A stretch of 53,734 nt of DNA from Macrostomum lignano (lineage: Eukaryota): assembly GCA_002269645.1 (NCBI GenBank), contig NIVC01000123.1, positions 1 to 53,734 on the forward strand. The letters run 5' to 3'. Below the pieces are notes generated by a model. The model worked only from the letters and a program-made list of their open reading frames with translations, was not told where the DNA came from and searched no databases. A program made the position numbers and the translations under genes. Positions 1 to 12,147 of the stretch are shown piece after piece (the first letter of the stretch is position 1; every line of letters starts with the position of its first letter).

Positions 1-50
1 AAGTAACGTGCCTTAACACAACTAAGCTGCATCTTTTGTCACTGTAGGAA

Positions 51-380
51 ATGCATTCTTCATTGAAGTCCTCTGCTCAGCTTCTGAGCCTCATCACAGC
101 TATAGTTTCTTCTTCTATGATGAGCAGCGCGGCCAGATTCGAGCTGCAGCTCGGTGCCGCAGTCAACCGAACTCTCCCAGTCGCGTTTGAAGTCGCGCAC
201 AGCTTCAACCAGCGTCACTGCTCTCAGCTGTGCTCACAAATAGCCGAGTGCTTCGGATTCTACTCGCGCAGAACAAGGCGGGACCCTGCGGACTGTTCAA
301 CGCGACCGCCTTCTACTGGAAGAGCTCGTGGACAGCCGCCGGATCGGAGCAGCAGTTTGACGTCTTCGTGATTGATGTTT
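51..380 (+). pseudogene. PAN/F-type lectin paralog A, exon 1 (signal peptide + PAN/apple-like domain), with a -1 frameshift near 266-268
   Basis: Near-identical to intact copy B exon 1 but 330 vs 331 nt (TACTCGCGCAGAAC vs TACTCGGTGCAGAAC). Hydrophobic N-terminus, CSQLCSQIAECFGF...C cysteine pattern, phase-1 donor GTGAGT at 381. Pseudogene vs assembly error is unresolved. Confidence 0.75.
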
Positions 381-607
381 GTGAGTACATGCAGCAGTTT
401 CTTCTCACTTCTATCCTACATACACTGACTATCTCAAACCTACATGTACATTCAAATCTTAGAACTAAATTTAGGCACTAATTATGCCATCAGCTTTCCG
501 CTCAGTAATCCTTGATAAACGTTTTTCCTGTTGCACAGGTACCTTCTGTAGCAAAAACGAATAAGATTCATCGTTACATAGTTGTCCCTATGTCACCCTC
601 CTTGCAG

Positions 608-1023
608 ACAGCAGTTCGGACAAGCAGAAGCTGAGCATTTCAAACTGCACTCAGAGTTCCAAGCATGGCGGCGACGGTGTGTGCACCAAAGCTCTTGACA
701 ACAACACGAATCAAATCTTTGCCGCTGGTTCATGCAGCCATACTGACGCAATCCCGAACCAGTGGTGGGAGGCCCAGCTTCTGCGACAGTCCATTGTTTC
801 TCACGTAGTCATCTACAACAGACAGGATTGCTGCTCAGAGCGGTTGAACAACTTTGAGCTGCTTGTGGACGGCGTCCAGTGCCGCAGCGTCAACGTGTCG
901 GTGCCGTTCTCTGTTGGCAACTTCACCTGCCAGATGGCCGGATCCAGGATTCGAGTCCAGAGTCGCCGTAGCGATGCTCTCACGCTGTGCGAGTTCGAGG
1001 CATACGGGATTTACTTTCCTTGA
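608..1023 (+). CDS. PAN/F-type lectin paralog A, exon 2 (F-type lectin domain)
   Basis: Acceptor CTTGCAG at 601-607, phase 1 matches the donor, open to TGA at 1021-1023. Contains the fucose-binding signature H-x26-R-x-D-x4-R (HTDAIP...YNRQDCCSER) and LTLCEFEAYG. Confidence 0.88.
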
Positions 1024-2134
1024 CTGATTGGTTGAATTTTCGAGCTCATGTGATCCACACAGGAAGTGTCGAAGCGAGAATCAAACTCATTATTAAGCTA
1101 AATTGACACAATTGCGCGCATGTTTAACAGAACATACTGTTTCATAAGCATGAGGAGCTATTTGTCAACAGTTTTTAAATTTACTAGCTGGTAAATTTCC
1201 GTACATTATCATTTCTGAATTGACTTCGGATTTGATGAGACAGTTTTCGTAAATTATAATATTAACATCTGCTGCTGATAATTTTAACTCTTCACCGAAC
1301 TGAATTTACGGTATTTCTTTACTCGTGAAAATATTGCACCAATATTTATTTTTCGGTAACAATACTGCTTTTTGCTGAATAGTACCTTTCTTTTCATCAA
1401 CAAAAAAAACAACAAAAAGGCAATGACACTGGGAACTAAAAAACGTTTAACTTTAAAAAAAGTATTTTAATGGCGCCAAGGTAATAGCGTTACATGATTT
1501 ATTTGACTCTTTGTTTTAATGGCACCGCAGTAGCAGTTGCACCATTGCATAAGTAGATTCTCGAAATACCTAAATGTCACTGATGATTTGAGGACAGGAC
1601 GCCTTCAATAGGCTTAGCCACTGTTTTGCTTCTTTTAATATTCACCAGCTTGGCCACTCAGTCCCAGAAAATCCAGATCCTAATTTTACTTTTTACAAAA
1701 AAAAATTTGCACTTTGAAATTTTTACTTGGTGCGTGCTTTTTTTAGCTACTAATAACCTATTATGAAACGCACCTAATTTATAAAGTACTTTATTATCTA
1801 TCAAACAATAATGTAAATTTGTTATAACTCATTTGCTATAATGTATTGTCAACTTTCGGAAATTTCCGGAAAGCCTGTACACTATAAATATACGAGACCA
1901 AACGGTATGTCACTCAAGACTCTTCGTGACAATTACACCAAGAATCAAATCTATTAGCTCCTTACAAGACAACCTAGAAAGGCAATATCGTTTTCATGTT
2001 GCTTAAGGTTGCTACAGACGCTGCAGTGCCCGTCGATGGCGCACTTTAATTCCTGGAACGAATTGGCCAAACATAGTTGCCTTGAGGCGGGGGCCTCGAA
2101 CTGCGACTAAGAAAACCTTCCAGAAGACGATCGA

Positions 2135-2185
2135 GATGCTCTCACGATATGCGAGTTTGAGGCATACGGGATCTACTTTCTTTGA
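2135..2185 (+). pseudogene. Isolated 3' fragment of a fifth F-type lectin exon
   Basis: Reads DALTICEFEAYGIYFL-stop, matching the C-terminus of copies A-D; no upstream lectin sequence seen. Confidence 0.8.
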
Positions 2186-2193
2186 CTGGTTTT

Positions 2194-2252
2194 TAGCCTA
2201 GTGGTTAGAGCGTGGGCTCGCGGCTGAAAGGTTGGGGGTTCGATTCTTGACC
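2194..2252 (+). mobile_element. tRNA-derived SINE head fragment
   Basis: A-box-like TAGCCTAGTGGTTAGAGC and B-box-like GGTTCGATTC; resembles the SINE head at 48721. Confidence 0.55.
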
Positions 2253-2819
2253 TGCGCAATAGCTGCAGCAATAATAGCAGGGAGATAATGAAAAGAACAA
2301 ACATTATAACTTTCAAATTAGCTTGATGTTCAATTTTTCAGAGGAGTTTCTTTTGAAAATCATAAATATATATATTTTAATACGAGTTAGTCAAATTAGT
2401 CCTTTTTACCTTTTAAACTTTCGAGAAAATAGGAAGCGTTGTTGGTTAGAAGAATTATCCGCTCACTATTGATAACCAACCTACGAGTATTTACAAGTAA
2501 TATGAAATTTTCATCTTTGAAAAGAGCCAAGCATAAAAGCTGAACTTGGCAGATCTTTTTGTATGTAAATGGAAGAAATCTTTTGAAGCTAAGACAGTTT
2601 CAGAGGTGGTCAGTAAATCTAAATATTGAATATTACTGTTCAAGCCACCATCGAATGAGGCCAATTTTTACGTCATCATATTTTTTTCCAGTGACTTGCA
2701 AATATTCTTTGTGTGTTTATATATCACTCTTTCGAAATTGGAGCCTCATTTGATGCTGTTGCCAACGAACCTTTACTCGCTACGAAAAAAAAACAATTTA
2801 ATAGGCGAACGAAATTATT

Positions 2820-3480
2820 TTATTAGAGACAGGGGGTTGTTTGCACCCTGGCGCACTTTAAGCGACTTTGCATTACTGCCCGTTCCCCCGACATTCCCTG
2901 AGTAGGATGTCGAACATAAATACAAGCGCGCGGATACGTACGCAGTCATACGCACAGGAGGCAAACACTCACTCAACAGCAACAGAATACGCGTTCAGCA
3001 TCACAGGGCGCGCCTCAGGGCCAGGCCGTATCCGCAGCCAGTAGGAAGTGGACGAAACACCGAGTGCGAACCTGCCCCGCGGGTAGGGTGCCTGCAGCGT
3101 CAGCAGCAGCACCTCCTGCACCGGCTGTGGGCAGTAGGACTCGGCGCGGATGATGTGGCCTGCCAGCTGGAATCGCCGACGGCACAACAGGTCACTCGCT
3201 CGTAGCAGATATTGAAGGCCGCACGCAGCAGGCCAGCATGCGCCGCGTCAGCTTGTTGCTCGAGCGACTCTGTCAGCGTCCACGTCTCGGCGTTGTACAG
3301 CAGGACGATCTCGATCACTGCCTGAAACAGCGCCGCCCTCTGGCGGTCGGGTAGGGCCTTTGACTGCAGAACTGCCCTCACAGAACAAAAGGCAGTCCAG
3401 GCAAGCCCGCAGCGATGCCGCAAATCTTCGCGGACGCCGTGAACCAGACCGCCGAGATAGACGCTCGCTCCACTCCGCTA
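2820..3480 (-). mobile_element. 5'-truncated RTE-like non-LTR retrotransposon (RT C-terminus and downstream region)
   Basis: Minus strand reads YLGG...DLRHRCGLAWTAF...LLYNAETWTLT...LLRAAFNI, then (shifted frame) RRRFQLAGHIIR...RGR, the typical RTE-group C-terminal motifs. The 3' boundary is approximate. Confidence 0.75.
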
Positions 3481-3687
3481 GGAGTGTACAGCGGCCCAAA
3501 CTTTATTTATCGTTAGGCATGTACACTTCACTGTGCCTTGGGGGTTGGCACTGAATGGCGTTAATTGCACGATCAGACCCAAGCTGAGATTCGAATTCAG
3601 CCCCAAATTAATGTGACTGCACTTGGAGTCGAGCCTGGGCCGCTGGCATATCAGAGCGCCGCGCTGGACCACCGGGCTACAGCCCCC
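3481..3687 (-). mobile_element. tRNA-like Pol III head (SINE 5' part) directly upstream of the RTE fragment
   Basis: Minus strand GGGGGCTGTAGCCCGGTGGTCCAGCGC (A box) ... GGCTCGACTCC (B box). Confidence 0.6.
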
Positions 3688-4400
3688 GCTAATGGAAAGT
3701 CAATCACTGATGGACGGATCCACTACTTTTACTGCTTCGAAAATCAATATTGGCAGAATATTTGGGGCCGCCACGACGCAATAGTAGATTATTTAGTATG
3801 TGACTGAGATTGCAAAAATATGCAATATATTTCATAATTTTAGAAGGGCATTGTAATTATATGTTTCTGTATTATGCTCAACGCAGATGTCATTATGCCA
3901 CCCAATTCACTCTAAGGCAAAAAAAATTCACATGATGAAATCGGGAAACCACATGGGGAGCAATTATAAGATAATGGTAAAAAATAATTGCCATTGTGTC
4001 GATGTAAAAGCATACCGCGACCTTCTGCGAAATTTTCCCACAACCAGTGAGGAAATTCTACCTATTCCGTTGTCAAGTTAAAATATGCAGTTTACCGACA
4101 CTTACAAAAAACTTTGCCTGCAGGAGAAAAAGAGCTCTCTGGAAAAAAGGCAGACGAGGCAATTAGTAAAAGTCCTTGAAAGAAGAGAAGCTGCGCAAAA
4201 ATTTTGTTTGCCAACGGAGGCTCAGCAGCCACAAGCTGTGCTACTCGAAAGGCAAAGAAATTTTCACTCCTAGGCATGCTATCGCATTTCGTTGCTATGG
4301 TAAAACAAAAAGCCTTTGAGCATACACGAAAAGGTTTAAACTACCGGTTGGAAACGCGCCTGCACAATTAGGAAACCATATCTCCCTCACTGTGTAGGAA

Positions 4401-4731
4401 ATGCAGTCTTCAATGAGAGCCTCTGCTCAGCTTCTGAGCCTCATCACAGCTATCGTTTCTTCTGCTCTGGTGAGCAGCGCGGCCAGATTCGAGCTCCAGC
4501 TCGGTGCCGCAGTCAACCGAACTCACCCAGTCGCGTTTGAAGTCGCGCACAGCTTCAACCAGCGTCACTGCTCTCAGCTGTGCTCACAAATAGCCGAGTG
4601 CTTCGGATTCTACTCGGTGCAGAACAAGGCGGGACCCTGCGGACTGTTCAACGCGACCGCCTTCTACTGGAAGAGCTCGTGGACATCCGCCGGATCGGAG
4701 CATCAGTTTGACATCTTCGTGGTTGATGTCG
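4401..4731 (+). CDS. PAN/F-type lectin paralog B, exon 1 (signal peptide + PAN/apple-like domain)
   Basis: ATG at 4401, open frame, PAN-type cysteine spacing, phase-1 donor GTAAGT at 4732. Confidence 0.85.
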
Positions 4732-5049
4732 GTAAGTGTCGGCTCGTGCTCATCACTAGCCTACATGCAAAACAAACCTAGGTGTAGTGGTAAGAGCATG
4801 GAGCTCAGCCTCTCAGTAACGTAAGCGTTTTTCTTCAACTTAACGGTTATTGCGTCGCAAAAACTACTTCAGCAGTTGCGCTGTTTTGAAGTCCAACTAC
4901 AAGAACAAGAACATGACAACGAGAACAACATGTGCCAAGAAAACTCTTCCTGTTTTGCTTGGGTCTTGGCCTTGTTTGCTAGGGACGAAATATGGATGTG
5001 TCAATTGGTGCAGCGTTCTTAAATTTATATACATGCTGTCTTTTTGCAG

Positions 5050-5450
5050 ACAAAAAGAAGCTGAGCTTGACAAGATGTTCTCAGAGTTCCCTTGGTTACC
5101 GCGGCGTCTGCACCAGAGCCATCGATGGCAACACGAACCAAGCGTGGAGGTCTGGTTCATGCAGTCATACTGGCGAAATCCCGAACCAGTGGTGGGAGGC
5201 CCAGCTTCTGCGGCAGTCCATTGTTTCTCACGTAGTCATCTACAACAGGCAGGATTGCTGTGCAGAGCGGTTGAACAACTTTGAGCTGCTTGTGGACGGC
5301 GTCCAGTGCCGCAGTGTCAGCGTGTCGGTGCCGTTCTCTGTTGGCAACTTCACCTGCCAGATGGCCGGATCCAGGATTCGAGTCCAGAGTCGCCGTAGCG
5401 ATGCTCTCACGCTGTGCGAGTTCGAGGCATACGGGAATTACCTTCCTTGA
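5050..5450 (+). CDS. PAN/F-type lectin paralog B, exon 2 (F-type lectin domain); spliced product 243 aa, intact
   Basis: Acceptor TTTTTGCAG ending 5049, phase 1. AIDGN metal-site motif, H-x26-RQDCCAER signature, TGA at 5448-5450. Confidence 0.9.
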
Positions 5451-7080
5451 CTGGTTCGAGTGATTCAGTGCGTGTGTTAATTATTTAGCGAGTTGACGAG
5501 TCAAAAATCGATTGCGATAAGAATTCAGACTTTGAGAGAAGCTCTAATTGAGTAATCAAACCTTTGTCTAAGCAAAAATTTTTCGACATGTCGAGTTTAC
5601 AATTTTTTATACAAGTACTTCAGGTTTTTACCGGTTTGACGAAAGTTGAAATTTGTTGAGAAAAACTGGTTGAAATTTGTTATATTTGTCCTGTTCTTTT
5701 GGAATATTACCAATATTACTCATTATTCCCGATATTATTCCACAATTATTGTCACCGTGTATTTTCTCGCTTAAAATCTGGGATAAATGAAAAATGTACT
5801 AAGGGAATTTTCCGCAGGATCCTGTCAATAAATTATGCGTGTTTGAATATTGCTTGGCCAAATACAGTTTTCGTTAACAGTAAACACTAACTACAAGTAA
5901 TTAGTATAACAACGAGAGAAGGTTTTGAAACACATCGCGACGCTGTTGAGGCAGTCAAGCATCCAACAAAGTTATAAATAGTTATACTGCTCTCTTTCTT
6001 GGAAGTACAGTATAGCTTCTGCTTTCTTAGAAATTACTGTATTTCAAATTTCCGCTAAATCTTTTATAATGTAATGTACGAGCTATTAAAATCACATTTT
6101 ACAAAAAAATTGTTAGAATCTTTTCCAAAATGTAGTATAAATAGAAGGCCAGAAACTGAGAGGTCAAAAACAACGTTCCAACATTCCAAACATTTGAAAA
6201 AACTTTTTGTCGACTTTTCAACTCGATCGCTAAAATTAAAGCGATCGAGTACTTTACTTTCCCAATACTTTCCCAGCTTTTGAAACAGACTTTATTCATT
6301 TCCTTAGGTCATTGGGAGAATTTATCAGAGAAGGTCATTGTATCACAGCCGTGACTCTCTGATCCTGTGAAACGCCCTGACTGAGAGACATTCTCCATAG
6401 GAGTAATTAATAAATGTTAGAGATAGTCAATAGTGCCAAATAATAACTCAGACCTGAGATACACATACAGTGTACGCTACTTGCAGTAGATAATACTGTA
6501 TACGCTACCGGCTATACGTGATACATCAGTAGTAAAAGTACATTAGACATACGTGCCAGGAAGTTACCATACGTCCGTGCCATGTTATGCAAAAGTTAGG
6601 CATATGAAGCGGAGCAGATAGCAGCCCAGCGATAAAACGCGTCTGACTCTCGCCCTACAACCTCGATCTATACCTGTTTCCATCCCGTGCGCGGCAATAT
6701 GTGCACAAAAATTTGACCTGGGGACTGTGGCCAACTCTCAAGCTGGGTTAGAAAGTTGATGATTTGAAAGTCAGGGCCGCTGAACACCCTGAGTGTATTT
6801 ATGAGTACGTCTGCGTACAGCATTGGCGCGCTTGTATGTGCTCAGGAGTGAGCGGAATGAGCAGAATTGCCTCATTCCTGGCTGTGAGATGAATAGATGC
6901 TTCCAAGTCATGGACGTCCTCCCTGATGTCCATGCTTTACGACCCAAAGGCTGTTATGTGATAAGAATAATATCAGAAAAATGGTCAAATAGCTCGTGTA
7001 CATGTTCAGTAGGCATATGAACGGTAACGGAAAAATGCAACGTATTTCGACTAAAGTTAACAACAATAACAACAACAACA

Positions 7081-8530
7081 AAGCGGCCGCGAACAGCGTC
7101 CCCCTGAAGAAGATCGGTGGCAAATATAAACCATTCTGGGACGAAGAACTCACTGAACTCCAAATCACCAGGGACAACTGCCCGAGGGACACGCCCAAGG
7201 GAAGAACCCAGTGGGGTGAGGCCAACCAGAAAATCTCCGACGAGATCAACGCCAAGAGAAGGCAACACTGGAAAGAGCACGTCAACAGCCTCAGCGAGGA
7301 AGAGGACGGCCATGCGACCTGGAAAACCATCAAATCCATGTACGCTTCGAAGGACACCGCCCCCCCCGAACCAGAACATAATCACACAGAATCGGGAAGT
7401 GAGAACCGACCGCGAAAAGGCGACGGTTTTCGCGCAGTTATACGCCCAAAACAGTACAATCCAACTTGGCAAGGACGAGCGGAAAAACATGTCGAGGTGG
7501 CCCGCAGACTCAGCGACTACAAAGAGGGCCCCGAATTCGAAAGCCCATTTGTCTTGGAGGAATTCGAGGACGCCCTAGGTCAGATGGACCCAAACAAGAA
7601 AGGAGGAGTGGACGGCGTCGAAATTAGGTTCTTAAAAAATCTCTCAGCTAACGCCCGCCTGAGATGGCTAAAAGTCCTCAACAGGAGTTGGAACGAGCAC
7701 TCCTGCCCGACCCCCTCATCAAAGAAGAGGCCCTGGAGACCATCCGCAGCATCGGACCAGTGGACCTTACTATCTACTCGGACGGCTCGGTGGACGGACT
7801 CGGAAAGAATGGAGGCGCGGCCTGTGTGGCCTGGATCAACGGCGCGGAGAAGTCTAAGATTGCAGCTGCGGGCGAATTTAGTAGCTCCTTGGCAGCAGAG
7901 AGAAGAGCCCTCCATCTAGCCCTTGACCTGATCGAGGAGGAATCTCCGGAAAGCGCCCTCATCCTGACCGATAGCAAATCCGCCGTCCTGGCCGTCGCCA
8001 AGGAGAAGCTCTCCAGGAATCGATCCCATTTCCTCCTGATTGAGAGACAGGAGTCTTAGTTCCCAATGCAAGATCCACCTCCAATGGATTCCAGGCCACG
8101 TCGATATCACGGGAAACGAGCACGCCGACGTCCTGGCCCGGAAGGGGACTCTTCTGGACCAAAGCACGATCCCGATCGAATTCGAAGCTCTCGATAGACA
8201 AGTCAGAAATCGTTGGAAGCCGACCACGAGAGACCACCGACTGGCTGAGATCTACAGCACCGTCCGAGACCCCGGCAACTTCGGCAGGAAGAACTCAGTG
8301 TCAGCGCCAGAAGATCGGGCTAGAGGAGCCTCAACCATGCCCAGACTGCGGTGAAATTCCAGACAAAGACTACTGGTTTCTCTGCCCCAGATGGGACTGC
8401 CTCCGGCTAGAGCTCGGACTCACTGGAAGGAAAGACTACGGAAGGGAAATGATGATGTTTGAGTTCCTGAGGAAGGCCCACCCGGAATGGTTGGCCTGAT
8501 CTCGGAGACTCGTCCCGATAACACACGCAC
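7081..8530 (+). mobile_element. I-group non-LTR retrotransposon derivative with RNase H and degenerate C-terminal Zn knuckle; RT core absent
   Basis: Pre-RT motifs KPFWDEEL and FVLEEFEDAL...KGGVDGVEIRFLKNL...LNRSW, then directly RNase H motifs IYSDGS / AAERRAL / ILTDSKS / WIPGHVDITGNEHAD, then CPDCGE...LCP and stop at 8497-8499. Several frameshifts. Confidence 0.82.
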
Positions 8531-8946
<416 letters not shown>

Positions 8947-10043
8947 CAACGCAGCCTCGCATGCAAGGTCATAGAGCAGGGCGTGTCAGATGGCTCGTTT
9001 ATTTACTTCTTAGCTTTTACGGTTGCATTTATTCATTAGAATATTGAAACAAATCGTCGATATTTTCGTTATAAAGGAAAATATTAAATAAAAATTCAAT
9101 TTAAACTGCCAATTGCCTGCAGCTATTGTAACATGCTCTGACGAAAAAAGAACTTCTAGTTTGTCTTTACGCGTCACAAGACAATGCTAGAACATGAAAG
9201 AAGGGCGAGTGAAAAAAGACAAATCATACATGTTGTACGCTTCAAAAAGGCTTCGGTAAATAATCCAACCTTTTCATTTTGAGATGTACTATGAGTAAAA
9301 CAAACTTCGATTAACTTGGCTATAGATTAAGTTAGATATGATTAGCTAGAGGTTCATAAGATTACATGTAAAAATAACAACATGTAATTTGTCTTTTAGT
9401 CTTTTAATTGGCCTTTAGTCTTTTAATTAAATCAGAGCGACAGTCAAGGGATCGTTGAACAAAGTCTGCAGACCAGTATAACTAACCTCCATGAAGTACA
9501 TCACAATATCATTTTTAAGTTGAAGATCGTCAAAAATTTGATCAGAACTCATGCTACAGAGATTGCCTATAATAAGTTCAAAAGAATGGAAAACTAATAG
9601 TTAACCTTTCAAAACATGACCATGCAGCGTGTGGATTTGTTTCCTTAAAAAACAATAACTTCTAAGAAACGATCCTATCCAGCTACAACATCTAGCCATC
9701 TCTATCGAGAAAAATTAACGAGATTGCGTGACTATATAGTATAGCAAAGGAACAGAAGTTTTAACTTGATTTTTTACTACAGGGGTTTCATGCAGCAGAG
9801 ACTTTGTTGTACGCCCCAGAAGCCTATTCTCTGTTTGCAGTAATCCTCTACAGCAATCCTACGTCGATGACATTTATGTACTTTTAAATTACATCGACGT
9901 TCAGACGACGTACATGTATGACTTCTTTATCCGTCGATGTAATGTTAAAAGCACATACTTTGTTTGCAATTCAGAAAACCAGAAGGTACTAAAAACTGAC
10001 AACTTCCTATCCTGCATTTCTTACATTTGTCGACTCAGAATTC

Positions 10044-10450
10044 TCAAGGAAAATAGATGCCGAACGCTTCAAACTCGCAAATGCAAAGCGCATCGTTCAG
10101 GTTATTCTCAATCCGAATTCTGCTGCCAGCGCCCAGCCAGGAGAAGTTGCCAACTGAGAATGGTGTCGATCGGCTTACCTGGGCGCATACGGCATCGTTC
10201 ACCAACAAGGAGAAGTTGTTAAGCCGCTCGACACAGCAATCCTGGCGGTTGTACAGGACCACGTGCGTGACAATTGACGGTTGAAGCAATTCAGCCTCCC
10301 ACCATTGATTGGGAAATTGGTCCGTGTGCGTGCAGGATCCTGCAGAATAACTTGGATTATTGTTTCCATCGATAGTTCGACTACAAACTGCCGAGTATAG
10401 CACTGAGCTCTGGCTGCAGTTGGAGATGGAGAGCTGCCGTACTGTCCAGT
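10044..10450 (-). CDS. PAN/F-type lectin paralog C, exon 2 (divergent F-type lectin domain); spliced product 237 aa, intact
   Basis: Minus-strand acceptor TTTCAG at 10456-10451, phase 1. TIDGN, H-x26-RQDCCVER and ICEFEAFG are present. Confidence 0.88.
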
Positions 10451-10744
10451 CTGAAATAATTGATATTCCGGGATAGTTAGAAATCTTCCTGATCTGACAA
10501 TCTGCTAGCTACTACTTCCAGTAGCATAACAATCCAGAAATAAGCAAACATTTTTGGGCTATTTTCTGCTCGAACATGGCTCATCATGGTGCCATCAAGA
10601 CACGCACCAGGGTCAACCCTGTCTAGAGGGTTACAAGTATATCCAGCTGTGTCATTATGTGAATAGATAATCAAGAGCTACACTGATACTGTATATGCGA
10701 ATACGTGCGACTGCTTCCCATGCTTGGACATTCTGTTTCTCAAA

Positions 10745-11077
10745 CTTAGCAGATCTTGTCTCTGTGCCATTCTTAGCAGATCTTCTCAATCTGCTCGGTT
10801 CTTGCAGGATCTTCTAAGATGGGAGGTACATTTTTTCGTTATTCATTTGGCTAAAGTGTTCTAACTGAACTATATTTTATTTTATGAGAAAATAGGACAA
10901 TAAATAAAAAAATATGCGATTCGAAGCTATAAAAGATTTAAAAGCTAAGATCTTGTACGATGTAGCAAGTCGCCCAGACCTGGTAAGTTTACTAAGTATT
11001 ATTATAGCAAAGATCTTGGACGTTCTTGCAATTACTTGCGCAGCAACCCAAGAAGATAGACAAGATCTGCTAAGAAT
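10745..11077. repeat. Small inverted-repeat (MITE-like) element in the intron of paralog C
   Basis: 17-bp perfect inverted repeat CTTAGCAGATCTTGTCT (10745-10761) / AGACAAGATCTGCTAAG (11058-11074), with multiple internal AGATCT(T) motifs. Confidence 0.45.
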
Positions 11078-11840
11078 CAACAAGTCAATGTCTTCTAGGG
11101 GTGCACATTTCTGTGCACATTTCTGTCTCCCATCCCCTTGCCATTATTAATCCTTATTGCTGAAATGAGCCTGATAAAACGTCTATAAAACAAACGCTAT
11201 ACTGTTTCAGCACTGGCCACCGCGAAACAAATGGAAAGAGCCCATGCAGTACTGCTTTATATATAATTAATAGAGATAGTTTTTCAGCTCACTTCGAAAG
11301 GAGGATAATTTTTAATTGGCGCATTTACCAGAGGCGCCAACTCTAGGGCGCCATTGTAGGGTGCCACTGCCAGCACTAGGGAGAACAGGAACGCTACATA
11401 AATTTGTTGTCAGGGGGCATCGTACTGTTTGCCAGTCTATCGGGGGGGACACGGTCCTCCTTGTGCCTAGCTAAGATGCCAATAATACGAGTGTAGTGTT
11501 GTATCAGTTTTTCAGATCAGATTATCTCAGGAGCGTTGCCAAGACAGACAGATATTAGGGGACCTACTGTTAGATAGGGGATACTGGACAGATAGGGGAT
11601 TGAGGAAAAAAGGTACAGAAACAAATTTAAAAAGCTCTTGCGTCTCTGCGGAAAAGACATGCTAGCTATGCATGCACATTGAACCTTGAGACTCTTGCGG
11701 GCCTACTTTAAATTCCTAATAAGGGCCACTCTAAGCACACTGCAGGCAACCGCAACAACCTTTTGTGATCATTTAATGCGATCATCACATGGTGTGCCTC
11801 TGGCAATCATGCAGGTTTAAAGAAGCTGATTGATACTTAC

Positions 11841-12147
11841 TGCCATCAATCACGAAGACGTCAAACTGCTGCTCCGATCCGGCGGCTGTCCACGAGCTCT
11901 TCCAGTAGAAGGCGGTCGCATTGAACAGTCCGCAGGGTCCCGCCTTGTTCTGCACCGAGTAGAATCCGAAGCACTCGGCTATTTGTGAGCACAGCTGAGA
12001 GCAGTGACGCTGGTTGAAGCTTTGAGCGACTTCAAACGCGACTGGGAGAGTTCGGTTGACTGCGGCACCGAGCTCGAATCTGGCCGCGCTGCTCACCAGA
12101 GCAGAAGACATGAGCACTGCCGATAGGAAGCTGAGAATCCGGCTCAT
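11841..12147 (-). CDS. PAN/F-type lectin paralog C, exon 1
   Basis: ATG at 12147 (MSRILSFLSAVL...), PAN cysteines, phase-1 donor GTAAGT at 11840. Confidence 0.85.
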
